Notes under the pieces: model-generated | What the model saw: the letters and a program-made list of their open reading frames with translations, nothing else | The model's database searches: none | Told to the model about the DNA's origin: nothing | DNA from: a virus | Lineage: Duplodnaviria > Heunggongvirae > Uroviricota > Caudoviricetes | Reading direction: 5' to 3' (one strand) | IMG/VR virus record: IMGVR_UViG_3300010355_001317 | Coordinates: 1 to 64,000 of that record | Length of the DNA: 64,000 nt | Part shown: piece by piece, positions 28,161-37,919 of the stretch | Layout of the letters: every line of letters begins with the position of its first letter | How positions within the stretch are numbered: the first letter of the stretch is position 1 | Program-made: the position numbers and the translations under genes

Positions 28161-28236
28161 AATAGGAGGCTTTGAGAAACTTCAACTAGCTATCATATAT
28201 AATAATATCTCCTGATTGTTTTTTTCTATATAAATT

Positions 28237-28491
28237 TTATTGTAAAAGATTTTTTAAATCTATTATAACACATTCTAAATCTTCTAATTCAGTGTAAAAC
28301 ATGATTATATCTATGCTCTCATTTTCTATATGAAGTTTCTTTTGAAGAAAAGATGATTTTGTATTATAAGATATTAACTCCTTTTGAGTAGGAAAATTTA
28401 TACCAGTACATTCTATAATTCTATTAAATAGAGTTTCTGTTCTTCGCGTATACTCGTCAATTAAATCTTGTATTTTATCTCTCATATTCAC
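28237..28491 (-). CDS. hypothetical protein
   Basis: 84 aa. Confidence 0.4.
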   Translation of the reverse strand: MNMRDKIQDLIDEYTRRTETLFNRIIECTGINFPTQKELISYNTKSSFLQKKLHIENESIDIIMFYTELEDLECVIIDLKNLLQ

Positions 28492-29093
28492 TCCTTATAA
28501 AAAGAAAAAGTACCCATTGTAGTTTTAGATGATCTACCACGATAAGTAGTATACTTTGTCATTTTCCATTTTTTAAAGTTAAAAGATTGTGTGGCTTCTT
28601 CCAAAGAAATAGGAATTAGCCTATTGCTGTAATCTAGAATACTATTAAAAACAATTAATATATCTCTTATATTACAAGCATCAATTGATGTTATAATTCT
28701 TTTTAAACCTTTTAATCCATTTGGAAAATAATCACAACTATCAAAATTAATAATTGCTGGTAGCTGATTTTTTGCTAATAAAGAAAAATCAAATGAGCAG
28801 ATGTCTTGTTTAAGCCAGATAGGACCTTTAAATTTACTATTTCTATTGTGTGTATCAAAGTTCTTATTTTCAAAACTAATCAGTTGTTCTTTTTGTATTA
28901 ACTTCTTTTTAAGAAGATGATATAATTCTGTATTTGGAATAATTCTTCCAAAATCGTCTATACAAGGTCCTGCTAAAGTAAAATACTTTCTATCACAGGG
29001 AATAGAAGATTTACCTGTGATAGAAAGATAATTAGAGAAGATCATTTCTTCTCTATTTAATAATTTTTCTGGATCTGTATATAGTTTAATCAT
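28488..29093 (-). CDS. hypothetical protein
   Basis: 201 aa. Confidence 0.45.
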   Translation of the reverse strand: MIKLYTDPEKLLNREEMIFSNYLSITGKSSIPCDRKYFTLAGPCIDDFGRIIPNTELYHLLKKKLIQKEQLISFENKNFDTHNRNSKFKGPIWLKQDICSFDFSLLAKNQLPAIINFDSCDYFPNGLKGLKRIITSIDACNIRDILIVFNSILDYSNRLIPISLEEATQSFNFKKWKMTKYTTYRGRSSKTTMGTFSFYKE

Positions 29094-29471
29094 TTATCTA
29101 CTTTTTTCTTCAATCATATTATTAAGATCTTTTGCATACTTAAGAAATATTGAACGGATGAGTTCAAGAGTTTCTCTATCTTCGCAAGCACAATAAGAAA
29201 GAATATGATTTAAATCCTTCTCTACCTTCCCAAAAATTAAAGTTTTCTTTTGAACAAGAAAAGGACCTTCTTGAACGCAAGAACAAGAAGAATCAGATAA
29301 CTCAAATTTACGCATATGATAGATATCTGCTTCTAATTTCCTTTTAGGAACACCGAGTTTTATTGAAAGTTCACTGGTAGAAACTCTATCGCATGCTTTA
29401 ATCATTTGAGTAATACCTGGTACTTTTTGTTCATATTCTTGAAATCTTTTTACATATCTTTGCCCTTTCAT
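29094..29471 (-). CDS. putative HTH DNA-binding protein
   Basis: VSTSELSIKLGVPKRKLEADIYHM helix-turn-helix-like segment. Confidence 0.4.
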   Translation of the reverse strand: MKGQRYVKRFQEYEQKVPGITQMIKACDRVSTSELSIKLGVPKRKLEADIYHMRKFELSDSSCSCVQEGPFLVQKKTLIFGKVEKDLNHILSYCACEDRETLELIRSIFLKYAKDLNNMIEEKSR

Positions 29472-29485
29472 TCTTTTCTCCTATT

Positions 29486-29710
29486 TTAATATGTACCCAT
29501 TGTAATATGGGCTTTGATTGCTGCTATTTGCATCAGAGTATACTCATAATCAAACTTCTCATCATATCTTTCCAATATCTTCTGAGAAGAAAGATTTTTA
29601 AGATAGGCCTTAGCAATAAGTCTTTTATCCTTCTCTGTTACCTTAACAAGCTTTGGTCTTCTGTCAATTCTTCTATAAACAGAATCATGATATCTTCCAG
29701 TAGGTTTCAT
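29486..29710 (-). CDS. hypothetical protein
   Basis: 74 aa, basic. Confidence 0.35.
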   Translation of the reverse strand: MKPTGRYHDSVYRRIDRRPKLVKVTEKDKRLIAKAYLKNLSSQKILERYDEKFDYEYTLMQIAAIKAHITMGTY

Positions 29711-29729
29711 ATATAAACTCCTTATTAAA

Positions 29730-30128
29730 TTAAATTTTTTCTAATGTAACTGTAGTTTTAAATTCTCCGTCACCTCCTGTATTAGCAAAGAAACAATATT
29801 CAAATGATTCATCAAGATAATCAGTATCAGAAAGAAAATCTGACCAATACTGATCATCTGTCTCAGATGAAGAAAATAGATAGCAAACATCACCTATTAC
29901 AATAGTACCTTTTGTTTTAAGAATAAAGTTATGTTTTATCTTACCTGCCCAGCAGTTAGGAATAGAAATAGAACACTTATATTCACCAGGTTCTACTTCT
30001 ACTTTTTTACAAAGACTGGAAGCAGTACTACCAAATTTGCCACCACAAGATTCTATATAATCAAGATCAACCACGCTAATATTTCCTGCATCTACGCCAT
30101 ACGAACCTGTAATAATTTGTTTAGACAT
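29730..30128 (-). CDS. hypothetical protein
   Basis: 132 aa. Confidence 0.4.
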   Translation of the reverse strand: MSKQIITGSYGVDAGNISVVDLDYIESCGGKFGSTASSLCKKVEVEPGEYKCSISIPNCWAGKIKHNFILKTKGTIVIGDVCYLFSSSETDDQYWSDFLSDTDYLDESFEYCFFANTGGDGEFKTTVTLEKI

Positions 30129-30316
30129 TTTAAGCCTCCTTTTTATTTATTTACTCTATTTCCTCTGCATTAGTAAATTCAAAATAATGAATTACTTTAT
30201 TTGTTTTAGGATCAAATATTTCTATTTGAGTATCTGTAAAACAGATACCAATATTATTCACAGAATCAACAAAAGCTTGTCCTATAACATCAGCAGCATA
30301 GAACTTTCTATAAAGT

Positions 30317-30703
30317 TCATTTCTCATTCTTCTTCTCCTTGATAATATAATTGATAGTTTTTACATCGAAATTATTTATAGATACTTCTTTATAAATGTT
30401 ATCTAAATTAGATTTCCATATAAGGTCTGTTTTTTCTAGAACAGTATGATCGTCTAAAATCAAGATAATCTTTTCATCAAATTCTATAGTTTGAAGAACA
30501 TCTACATGTTTAGAAATCTTTGTTTTATCAGAAAAACCTAAGAACATAATTACAACTGCAAATACTACACTTAATATCATTACAGAAATAGTAACCCATC
30601 TAAATTTTGAAGACTCATAATTATTTACTAAATAAGAATGTATTCCTGTTGAACCTATACCTACTATCATTGCTGCTATTAATAACCAAAAATATATTGG
30701 CAT
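30317..30703 (-). CDS. membrane protein
   Basis: 2 N-terminal TM helices. Confidence 0.4.
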   Translation of the reverse strand: MPIYFWLLIAAMIVGIGSTGIHSYLVNNYESSKFRWVTISVMILSVVFAVVIMFLGFSDKTKISKHVDVLQTIEFDEKIILILDDHTVLEKTDLIWKSNLDNIYKEVSINNFDVKTINYIIKEKKNEK

Positions 30704-30716
30704 TACAAAATCTCCT

Positions 30717-30923
30717 TTATTTAGTTTCTATCCTAAACTGAAATCTTTTTAATGTAACTACTTTAGTTGTAAAATAATCTTTAGAAAATTCTACCTCAAA
30801 ATCAGAAAAATTAGAATAAATATGTACAATTACACCTCTATCTCCTTTGTAGAGATAAAATTCAGGTAGATCATCTACCAAAGTTATTATATCATGTTCT
30901 GATAGTGAAGTGTCTAATAACAT
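30717..30923 (-). CDS. hypothetical protein
   Basis: 68 aa. Confidence 0.35.
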   Translation of the reverse strand: MLLDTSLSEHDIITLVDDLPEFYLYKGDRGVIVHIYSNFSDFEVEFSKDYFTTKVVTLKRFQFRIETK

Positions 30924-31004
30924 TTTTTATTAATCTCCTTGTGATGTAGTATTATACTTAAAAAATGAGTAATAACTTTTATTTTTCTTTTTTGGAGAAA
31001 AGAG

Positions 31005-31391
31005 ATGCTACATCTAAACTCAAATACAATCGTTTTTGCTATAGGAAATAACCAACACGTTATTAAGTTTGCAAACAATCTAGAAGATTTAGTGCAGCAA
31101 ACTAAAAGATTAATAGATTCATTAACTAATCCGGAGAATTTAAAAAATTTAGATACTGATGTAGCATCTCCGTATACTGTTACATTATTTGCTAATCAGC
31201 AAAAACAAAAACTAGATCAAATAGAAAAACAATTAGAACCAACTCTTCAACAATTTAAAAAACAAATTTTAGATATCTATAATGAAGTAGAACTTTATAC
31301 AAGAGATATGTATAGTTATAATAATCTAACTGGTGAAACATATTCTGTTAGTGATATTGAATTACCTAGAGAAAAATCATATATAGTATAA
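31005..31391 (+). CDS. hypothetical protein (plus-strand pair, first gene)
   Basis: 128 aa. No competing minus ORF. Preceded by a GGAGAAAAGAG RBS. Confidence 0.45.
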   Translation: MLHLNSNTIVFAIGNNQHVIKFANNLEDLVQQTKRLIDSLTNPENLKNLDTDVASPYTVTLFANQQKQKLDQIEKQLEPTLQQFKKQILDIYNEVELYTRDMYSYNNLTGETYSVSDIELPREKSYIV

Positions 31392-31393
31392 TT

Positions 31394-31732
31394 ATGTTCA
31401 GTTTAAATTCTAAATATGTTGTTAGTGAATATGATTCACTAAGAGTTATCAAAGCAACGGAAGATAACTTAATATCTTTAATAGAAACAGAATTAAGAAG
31501 CATCTCTGATAATCTAGAATACCTAGATGAATCTAAAACATCTAAGCAAGATGCTACTAATTTTGTTCATTTTATAAAAGATGAGATAGGTAAATTAAAA
31601 GATCCCTATGAATATGCCAAAGAAAATTTAACCTCATTGGAATTCTATTTAAAAGATCTTCTTAAAAGAACAGAAGACTTTCTAATCTACAACATGCAGT
31701 TAAAAGACAATAGTATCCACGGTTTATCCTAA
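31394..31732 (+). CDS. hypothetical protein (plus-strand pair, second gene)
   Basis: 112 aa, 2-nt spacing from the upstream gene. Confidence 0.45.
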   Translation: MFSLNSKYVVSEYDSLRVIKATEDNLISLIETELRSISDNLEYLDESKTSKQDATNFVHFIKDEIGKLKDPYEYAKENLTSLEFYLKDLLKRTEDFLIYNMQLKDNSIHGLS

Positions 31733-31927
31733 TACTAATATACTCTCCTCTTTAATTAATTTTTCCAAAACGCGTGATGTTATATATAAATGCTTTGGGA
31801 ATACTTTACTTTCAAAATAATATTCTCCTGCGTGGAGATCTCGTTTTGATATAACAAGTACTTGTCCTCTTTCAAATGTACATCTGTGATCAAAATTCTT
31901 TACTACTATAAATTTATTGATTTTCAT
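31724..31927 (-). CDS. small protein, family A-like (weak)
   Basis: tail VLEKLIKEESILVLG. Confidence 0.35.
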   Translation of the reverse strand: MKINKFIVVKNFDHRCTFERGQVLVISKRDLHAGEYYFESKVFPKHLYITSRVLEKLIKEESILVLG

Positions 31928-32168
31928 AGATAACTTCTATATAATCTTCTTTAAGATATCTTCTAAAATCTTTTGTAGTCAATAGAGGAGCACCTTTTTT
32001 AAATATACTAAAATTTCTTAATTCAATTCTAGGTCCATTATCAGGAAAACCAAAATCTACATAACCTTTATATCTTACAATAACATCAAAGATTTGATTA
32101 AGATAATTAACACGAGGATATTCACTCAACACAAATATTGGTTTTACTATTTTAACTTTCATTAACAA
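31914..32168 (-). CDS. small protein, family A (C-terminal F[KR]xLLxxGxIxI motif)
   Basis: tail DFRRYLKEDYIEVIYENQ. Confidence 0.45.
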   Translation of the reverse strand: MLMKVKIVKPIFVLSEYPRVNYLNQIFDVIVRYKGYVDFGFPDNGPRIELRNFSIFKKGAPLLTTKDFRRYLKEDYIEVIYENQ

Positions 32169-32424
32169 TTACCATTGTACCATCTTTAATCCATTCTCTA
32201 AACTCGGAAGACATAAGATATAATGGATTTCCTATTCCACCTTCTCTTTCTATTATAAGATTCCAAATATATCCATTTTTGTGATTAGTCCCATTGTTGA
32301 AAGGCTTTATATACTTTTGTTCATCTTTTGTAAGCGGTCTAATTCTATATATAACATTCTGTGTAAGAACTACACTAGAACGGCTGTTTTCATCATCGAT
32401 TTCCCTAGTTACTCGTACTAACAT
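32152..32424 (-). CDS. small protein, family A
   Basis: tail EFREWIKDGTMVIVNES. Confidence 0.45.
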   Translation of the reverse strand: MLVRVTREIDDENSRSSVVLTQNVIYRIRPLTKDEQKYIKPFNNGTNHKNGYIWNLIIEREGGIGNPLYLMSSEFREWIKDGTMVIVNES

Positions 32425-32612
32425 ATTATTTTCAATTGTCCTTCTAAAAGAGCTTGTTTAAAATTCTTTCTAGACCAAAGCAAACTGCTGTTATATGGAT
32501 TCATTAATTTTGCACTAAGATTTTTTGCATTTACTATATAAAATTTACTTTTTTCTATTCTAGATAATTCGATAATATAAATCTTACCTGAAGGGATATA
32601 TTTTATTAACAT
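32418..32612 (-). CDS. small protein, family A
   Basis: tail NFKQALLEGQLKIIC. Confidence 0.45.
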   Translation of the reverse strand: MLIKYIPSGKIYIIELSRIEKSKFYIVNAKNLSAKLMNPYNSSLLWSRKNFKQALLEGQLKIIC

Positions 32613-32851
32613 ATTACTTGCATATCTCTATTTCTTAACCACTTTCTGAAATCTTGAACACAGATACTTTGTGTCCTGTTCAGACTCTTATCTACATCTA
32701 CATAATCTAAAGCAGATAAGAGTATTTGCCAATCCTCTGTAAATCTTCTATCAAAAGGAATAACTTCTACTGCGTATTTAATATTTGGATAAATACGAGC
32801 AAAGGTTCGATTATCCCCTGGGTCAATATCTCTTCTAAAGATCACTATCAT
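32606..32851 (-). CDS. small protein, family A
   Basis: tail DFRKWLRNRDMQVIC. Confidence 0.45.
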   Translation of the reverse strand: MIVIFRRDIDPGDNRTFARIYPNIKYAVEVIPFDRRFTEDWQILLSALDYVDVDKSLNRTQSICVQDFRKWLRNRDMQVIC

Positions 32852-33074
32852 TTATTAAAATTATATCTCCATTTTTGATAGCTTGTTTAAAAGCTCTAGT
32901 AGATAAATACTTCCACATATATCCACCGGATTCTGAAGATAATCGAATATCACTATCTGCATCAATGCTTACCATATAGAAGCTGTCACTATCAATAATT
33001 CTATTTCTATCACTAGAAAAAAACTTATCTGAATTAAGAGATTCATGTAGTTGATTTTTAACAAATATCTTCAT
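32835..33074 (-). CDS. small protein, family A
   Basis: tail AFKQAIKNGDIILINDSDL. Confidence 0.45.
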   Translation of the reverse strand: MKIFVKNQLHESLNSDKFFSSDRNRIIDSDSFYMVSIDADSDIRLSSESGGYMWKYLSTRAFKQAIKNGDIILINDSDL

Positions 33075-33284
33075 TTAAAAAACCTGAATTATATTATTTT
33101 TAACAAGCAAACAGAGAGTTCCATATCTCCATTGAGTTCTGACATAATGATATTTATACTTCTTATTATAATAGATATGTTGATTATCTAGATAACTATT
33201 AAAAGTATACACTTCACCTCTTCTACAATCATTAAAAGATTGTGTAAAAATAAATCGTTTTGGAATCTTATATGTTGTAGGCAT
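33075..33284 (-). CDS. small protein, PKRFIF subfamily
   Basis: N-terminal IPKRFIFTQSFNDCRRGEVYTF. Paralog of 33299..33523 and 57868..58113. Confidence 0.45.
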   Translation of the reverse strand: MPTTYKIPKRFIFTQSFNDCRRGEVYTFNSYLDNQHIYYNKKYKYHYVRTQWRYGTLCLLVKNNIIQVF

Positions 33285-33298
33285 TGATTTTTAATTAT

Positions 33299-33523
33299 TT
33301 AAAAAGGAAGTATAATTTTCATTTTTACTAGATTTCTTAAAAAAGATTTAGGCCAATAACTTTTATATTGGCCAGATCTAGTTTTATACGTATACACCAA
33401 TTGTTGTTTAGTTGTATCAAATAAATCAAAAATATGTACTTCACCCCTTTTACAATCTTTATAATCAGAAATAAATATAAATCTCTTCGGTATCATATTA
33501 TTTAATTTCTGTTTCAACTTCAA
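33299..33523 (-). CDS. small protein, PKRFIF subfamily
   Basis: IPKRFIFISDYKDCKRGEVHIF ... tail LVKMKIILPF. Confidence 0.45.
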   Translation of the reverse strand: MKLKQKLNNMIPKRFIFISDYKDCKRGEVHIFDLFDTTKQQLVYTYKTRSGQYKSYWPKSFLRNLVKMKIILPF

Positions 33524-33755
33524 TTGTTTTTAATATTTTAATGTATTCCCACTTTTCTAATACTGCTAATGTTATTGGATTATAGTATAAGTCTGTATTC
33601 CAACCTTGATCCTTATTTCTAGAATGAACTATGCATGAGTATCTAAATGCTCCTGGAACATGCCCTGCTTGTTGTAATTTCCAAATCTCACCTCTTTTTA
33701 CGTCTAAAAGTTTATCTGCCACAACAATAAATTCGGTAACATAAGTGACTTTCAT
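33498..33755 (-). CDS. small protein (SH3-like GExWKL core)
   Basis: 85 aa, KRGEIWKLQ. Confidence 0.4.
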   Translation of the reverse strand: MKVTYVTEFIVVADKLLDVKRGEIWKLQQAGHVPGAFRYSCIVHSRNKDQGWNTDLYYNPITLAVLEKWEYIKILKTIEVETEIK

Positions 33756-33961
33756 ATCAAAACCCTAATATTTTTATTTTTCAGATTTTCTCTAAAACTA
33801 CTAGTACTTAAATAACATCTAATATTATGACGGTCAGAAAGACGTATATCTTTATCATGATCTATATCTAACTCATACTCACCGGGTTCAATCCATTCTT
33901 TAACTAATATAGAATCGGAATTTGCACTTTGATGCAATATTTTATAAACATAAATTTTCAT
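33752..33961 (-). CDS. small protein, family A
   Basis: tail SFRENLKNKNIRVLI. Confidence 0.45.
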   Translation of the reverse strand: MKIYVYKILHQSANSDSILVKEWIEPGEYELDIDHDKDIRLSDRHNIRCYLSTSSFRENLKNKNIRVLI

Positions 33962-34938
33962 ATTTTTAACATCTCTTTTACCTCTGATAAAACTTGTCTA
34001 GCTCTATCCATACTCTGATCGATATGAATACCGCCTACGCCTTCATGACCCCCGCCGCCATATTTTTCACAAATCTCTTTTATGTTATGTCTACGTTTCT
34101 CTTGATTCCAAGGATTTTGAGAAATCGCAACGTGCCATCCTTTGCCGAAGTAACTCATATCTCTTATATAAGCAGTATAGATAGATTCTGGTTTCCATCT
34201 GAATGGAAAGTATCTATCAAATTTATGATATTTAGGAATCTCAAAAGTAACTATATCATCTTCTAATTTAGCGACTTTAACAAATTCTCTATATCCTTCT
34301 TCAAGTTTATTTTGAATTTTTGAGTATCTCCACTCCACAGACCAAGGTAGGTATCCATCCAATAATCTATACAAAAGAGTTCTATCATTAGAAAACATCT
34401 TAATAATTTCTTGCCGATAGTTTTCATCTGCATCTTCCATCTCTGCTAATCTAAATTTAGGTCCAAATGTTTTTGGATTATAAACATCATCTATACTTGG
34501 ATATAGAGCGGAATCTACCATATTTACTTCTTTTACAATTTCAAAAATTAATTGTTCATCTAAGAATTTATTTCTGTTTTTCATAAGAAAGATAGCTTCC
34601 GCACAACTTCTTGCAGAAGGATCAAAATTCCCTACAAATTCAGTTGGAACGATTTTTCCCCACCCAGACGCATGATGATCTACCCAAAAGTCTATCGAGG
34701 GATTATATAGAAAATCTAGTACTATTAAAAACTCTGATGAATATTTCTTTTCTAAATCTAATTCTTGCCAGTTGGTAAGATTATAATTAACTGACTCCAT
34801 CAAGAACTTTGATTTAGTATCACCAGAATCTTTTAATAATTTAATATACAAAATACTAGACATAATTCCATCTAGGTCTTGATGATAAAAGATTCTATGA
34901 TTCATTTTTTTGATCTCCTCGAAGGAATTATAGACCAT
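33958..34938 (-). CDS. DHH-DHHA1 family phosphoesterase (NrnA/nanoRNase-like)
   Basis: DHH motif I FYHQDLDGIMSS, motif III DFWVDHHASGWG, and DHHA1 GGGGHEGVGG. Confidence 0.75.
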   Translation of the reverse strand: MVYNSFEEIKKMNHRIFYHQDLDGIMSSILYIKLLKDSGDTKSKFLMESVNYNLTNWQELDLEKKYSSEFLIVLDFLYNPSIDFWVDHHASGWGKIVPTEFVGNFDPSARSCAEAIFLMKNRNKFLDEQLIFEIVKEVNMVDSALYPSIDDVYNPKTFGPKFRLAEMEDADENYRQEIIKMFSNDRTLLYRLLDGYLPWSVEWRYSKIQNKLEEGYREFVKVAKLEDDIVTFEIPKYHKFDRYFPFRWKPESIYTAYIRDMSYFGKGWHVAISQNPWNQEKRRHNIKEICEKYGGGGHEGVGGIHIDQSMDRARQVLSEVKEMLKI

Positions 34939-35675
34939 CCATCTTGTAAAAATTTTTCTAATTCTTCTGGAAAAATTCTTTTCTTTTTTGAATCCTTTTT
35001 CATATAAATTCTTCCTTTTAACTTCAAGCTCATTTTTTCTTTTATTTCAAGTGTTCGTTCTACACCAAAATGGTCTTCAAAGGAAAGACCCTTATACCAA
35101 GGAACTTTTCCTTTATGAGAGGAACTCATTTTTTGTTTTAGTTCATCAGATCTACTCCAGGATCTTAATTTTTCTCGAGTTTCTGTAGAAACTTCATGAC
35201 CTTGTAAGGAATTACTTATCTTTCTTTTAGTTTCTTCTGAGTGAATAAATCCTAATCTCCCATTAGATTTACCTATTTTAGCTTCTGAAATTTTCTTACT
35301 AATTTCATCCGCCTTTTCTTTTCCTACTCTCTCCTCTAATGTTTTTCCTTTTCTATTATCAGTAATCCCACCATCACCACCTAGAGCTATATTATAGCCA
35401 TATTTATCTTCTCTACTGTGAAAAAATAGTATACATTCCTTTTCTGATTCGTTTAATTCTTCTTTTGAAGAACAGTATCCAAGTATTTCCCATTTGAATT
35501 TAAATGGTGAATATTTTCTAATACTATTATATAAATATTTTGTTCCTTTATCTACATTGTTTTTAGCGTCTTGAAGATGCCATCTAATATAATCTTTAAA
35601 ATTTTTAGTAGTTTTTCCTATATAAACTTTTTTAGTTTCAATATTAGTAACTTTATAAATCAATCCATATTTCAT
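34902..35675 (-). CDS. GIY-YIG homing endonuclease with NUMOD3 repeats (second copy, divergent)
   Basis: GLIYKVTNIETKKVYIGKT GIY-YIG. NUMOD3 repeats SEETKRKISNSLQGH and STETREKLRSWSR...KQKMSSSHKGK. The 3-prime end overlaps the start of the DHH gene. Confidence 0.85.
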   Translation of the reverse strand: MKYGLIYKVTNIETKKVYIGKTTKNFKDYIRWHLQDAKNNVDKGTKYLYNSIRKYSPFKFKWEILGYCSSKEELNESEKECILFFHSREDKYGYNIALGGDGGITDNRKGKTLEERVGKEKADEISKKISEAKIGKSNGRLGFIHSEETKRKISNSLQGHEVSTETREKLRSWSRSDELKQKMSSSHKGKVPWYKGLSFEDHFGVERTLEIKEKMSLKLKGRIYMKKDSKKKRIFPEELEKFLQDGWSIIPSRRSKK

Positions 35676-35758
35676 AATTATATCTTTGATCTTAAATTTC
35701 TTTTTTATATTCTTTATAAATATAAATCTTCATGATAATAGATTTTAATTTTTTGCAA

Positions 35759-36103
35759 TTATTTGCCCTCAAATTTCTTTTTTAATCTTTCATATGTAGC
35801 ACGATCTTTCTCTTCTTGAGTTTTATGTCTATCTTTTTCTTTTTGAAATCTAGATTCTTCTGCTTTAATTCTTTTTTCATATTCTTTATCTGTTTCTAAT
35901 CTGGAGCCTCTAATAACTATTTGTCCAAAGTCATAATCTTGATCTATATCTAAATAAAGGTTAACATGTGTTTCTTTGTACTTATCTCTATATCCATTTA
36001 AGATATTTATTGTTTTATCTAAATTATTAGTACTTAATTCATAAGTTAAATCTTCAGTTAATCTTTCTGGTATAAGTTCTCTTTTATAATTAACTTTCTT
36101 CAT
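35759..36103 (-). CDS. hypothetical protein
   Basis: 114 aa, K/E-rich. Confidence 0.4.
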   Translation of the reverse strand: MKKVNYKRELIPERLTEDLTYELSTNNLDKTINILNGYRDKYKETHVNLYLDIDQDYDFGQIVIRGSRLETDKEYEKRIKAEESRFQKEKDRHKTQEEKDRATYERLKKKFEGK

Positions 36104-36309
36104 AACTTTTCGGCCTCTAATATCTTACATAATTGTTCAAACAGTTCGTGCCTTTCTTCTGATGATTTCAAAGTAATATCGAAATATTTATTACCAGTAG
36201 CTGAAGTAAATCTAATACATAATTCACCATATTTTTCAATATGAATTACTTTAGATAAATCTAATAATTGATTGTTAATTATTTTCCACATATTATTCTT
36301 CCTCCTCAT
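36100..36309 (-). CDS. hypothetical protein
   Basis: 69 aa. Confidence 0.35.
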   Translation of the reverse strand: MRRKNNMWKIINNQLLDLSKVIHIEKYGELCIRFTSATGNKYFDITLKSSEERHELFEQLCKILEAEKL

Positions 36310-36535
36310 CTACGCTGGGAACTCTTCTGATTAGATCTACATATTCACCAAAATATTTATCAAATACATTAATAAGGTTTTCATAGTCACCAACCTGCAT
36401 CTCTGATTGTATTTGCTTATAATCTACCCCTAACTGTTTACCATAATTTCTAGCGTAAGCAAGAAGCACGAAAGCATTTCCTTCCGGACCATTTAAATCT
36501 ATTTCTGGTTTATGATCAGATTTGGTTTTAATCAT
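36293..36535 (-). CDS. hypothetical protein
   Basis: 80 aa. Confidence 0.35.
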   Translation of the reverse strand: MIKTKSDHKPEIDLNGPEGNAFVLLAYARNYGKQLGVDYKQIQSEMQVGDYENLINVFDKYFGEYVDLIRRVPSVDEEEE

Positions 36536-36547
36536 ATAATCTACTCC

Positions 36548-36808
36548 TTAAAAAAGTATAGGTGTATCTTTGTATAGATACTGTATTATTAATTTTTCAT
36601 GAATCCAATACTTTAAGTTTTCTATATTATTAGATGGACCTGCAGATAGCGTGTGATTCCTTTCAATATAACCTTCTCTTCTAAGACAAGTTCTAGTTAA
36701 AGAACAAATAACTGTATTCAGTACTAATATGTCACCCTTCTCTGCATAAAGCAGATGTTCATCTATATAATCTCTACAATCTCCTGTAGCTATATAAGCA
36801 ATATACAT
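36548..36808 (-). CDS. hypothetical protein
   Basis: 86 aa. Confidence 0.35.
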   Translation of the reverse strand: MYIAYIATGDCRDYIDEHLLYAEKGDILVLNTVICSLTRTCLRREGYIERNHTLSAGPSNNIENLKYWIHEKLIIQYLYKDTPILF

Positions 36809-36809
36809 T

Positions 36810-37100
36810 CTATTGCTCCCTAAATATAAGTCTGCTTTCTCTAGAACCTATGTATTCTAGAAGACCTTTTTTAAACCATTTCCTGCATTGCAAAGCAAAA
36901 TTATCGCCTATGTATAGTGGAAATCTTACTTCTATCTCCGGATCTGAACCTGGATCAAATCTATAAACACTTGTTCTAAACATTTTCATTCTTTCTGTAT
37001 CTATTTCTAATATATCTCCCCTTTCAAAAACCATATCAGTTTTAGATTTAGAGGTAGAACAAATACCAGTTGCAATAAAGTATACAAACATTCTAACCAA
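36810..37100 (-). CDS. small protein, family A-like
   Basis: RGDILEID core, tail CRKWFKKGLLEYIGS. Confidence 0.4.
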   Translation of the reverse strand: MVRMFVYFIATGICSTSKSKTDMVFERGDILEIDTERMKMFRTSVYRFDPGSDPEIEVRFPLYIGDNFALQCRKWFKKGLLEYIGSRESRLIFREQ

Positions 37101-37644
37101 CCTTTAACATTTCTTTTCCAGATTCTGTTATACCTTCTTTAATGCTATTAATAGCCCATTCTACTTCAATAGAGTCTTTAAAGTTCTGAATATACCCATG
37201 AAGTTGTTCAAGACAAAAGATACCTGTTGCTTCAGATTGGATTTCTATTCCTTCATTAGTTCTATAGATTAAATAGGCAGGATATGTAAGATTACATCTA
37301 CATACAGAGCACTTCTTATTTTCTTTTACCCTTACCTTTTCTATTCGATCGAAAACATAAGGAGGTTCAAAATTAATTATAGTATCAAGCTCAGTAAGAT
37401 AATACAGCATCTTATCTGGTCTATGCTTAATAATATAAAGTTTGAAGTAAATAGCAACTTGCTTGATAGCATTTACAAGCTGTGGATAGTACAGATTTCT
37501 ATTTTGCATTGCATAAAATAACTTTATTACTCTATTCAATGCATGTGAAAATTGTCTTTTAGATTTAGGAACTTTCCATCTGGATGAAAGAAGAGATCCT
37601 GAATATAGTTTTAATCTTTGAATAGTAAGTTCTGTTGCATTCAT
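37093..37644 (-). CDS. hypothetical protein
   Basis: 183 aa. Confidence 0.45.
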   Translation of the reverse strand: MNATELTIQRLKLYSGSLLSSRWKVPKSKRQFSHALNRVIKLFYAMQNRNLYYPQLVNAIKQVAIYFKLYIIKHRPDKMLYYLTELDTIINFEPPYVFDRIEKVRVKENKKCSVCRCNLTYPAYLIYRTNEGIEIQSEATGIFCLEQLHGYIQNFKDSIEVEWAINSIKEGITESGKEMLKVG

Positions 37645-37919
37645 TTTTCTTCTCCATATAACCAGGTATAGAATTCTTTAGTCATCATTTGTTTTTTGTT
37701 TCTTATTCTGATATCATATAAAATTCTATCATATGATTTAACATGCTTTTCTATTTCTGTATAGTAAAACTCATTCAAAATAATGCAATTGCAACCTTTG
37801 TTATACCAATCTTGGCTAATTTGCAGAAGCTGAGAACAAACCCATTGATTTCTATTTAAATAATACAAGCAAAGAATTAACATGAAAAATGATATACTCA
37901 TAACAATAATAAATATCAT
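37641..37919 (-). CDS. membrane-anchored hypothetical protein
   Basis: N-terminal TM. Confidence 0.4.
   Translation of the reverse strand: MIFIIVMSISFFMLILCLYYLNRNQWVCSQLLQISQDWYNKGCNCIILNEFYYTEIEKHVKSYDRILYDIRIRNKKQMMTKEFYTWLYGEEK

Noticed and set aside
31724-33961. Possible CRISPR-like periodicity in the tandem small-gene arrays (also 57868..60531 and 52119..52797)
   Set aside because: The repeats are at the protein level: paralogous ORFs of 200-270 bp with start/stop overlaps. There are no short identical direct DNA repeats with unique spacers, so no CRISPR array is present.
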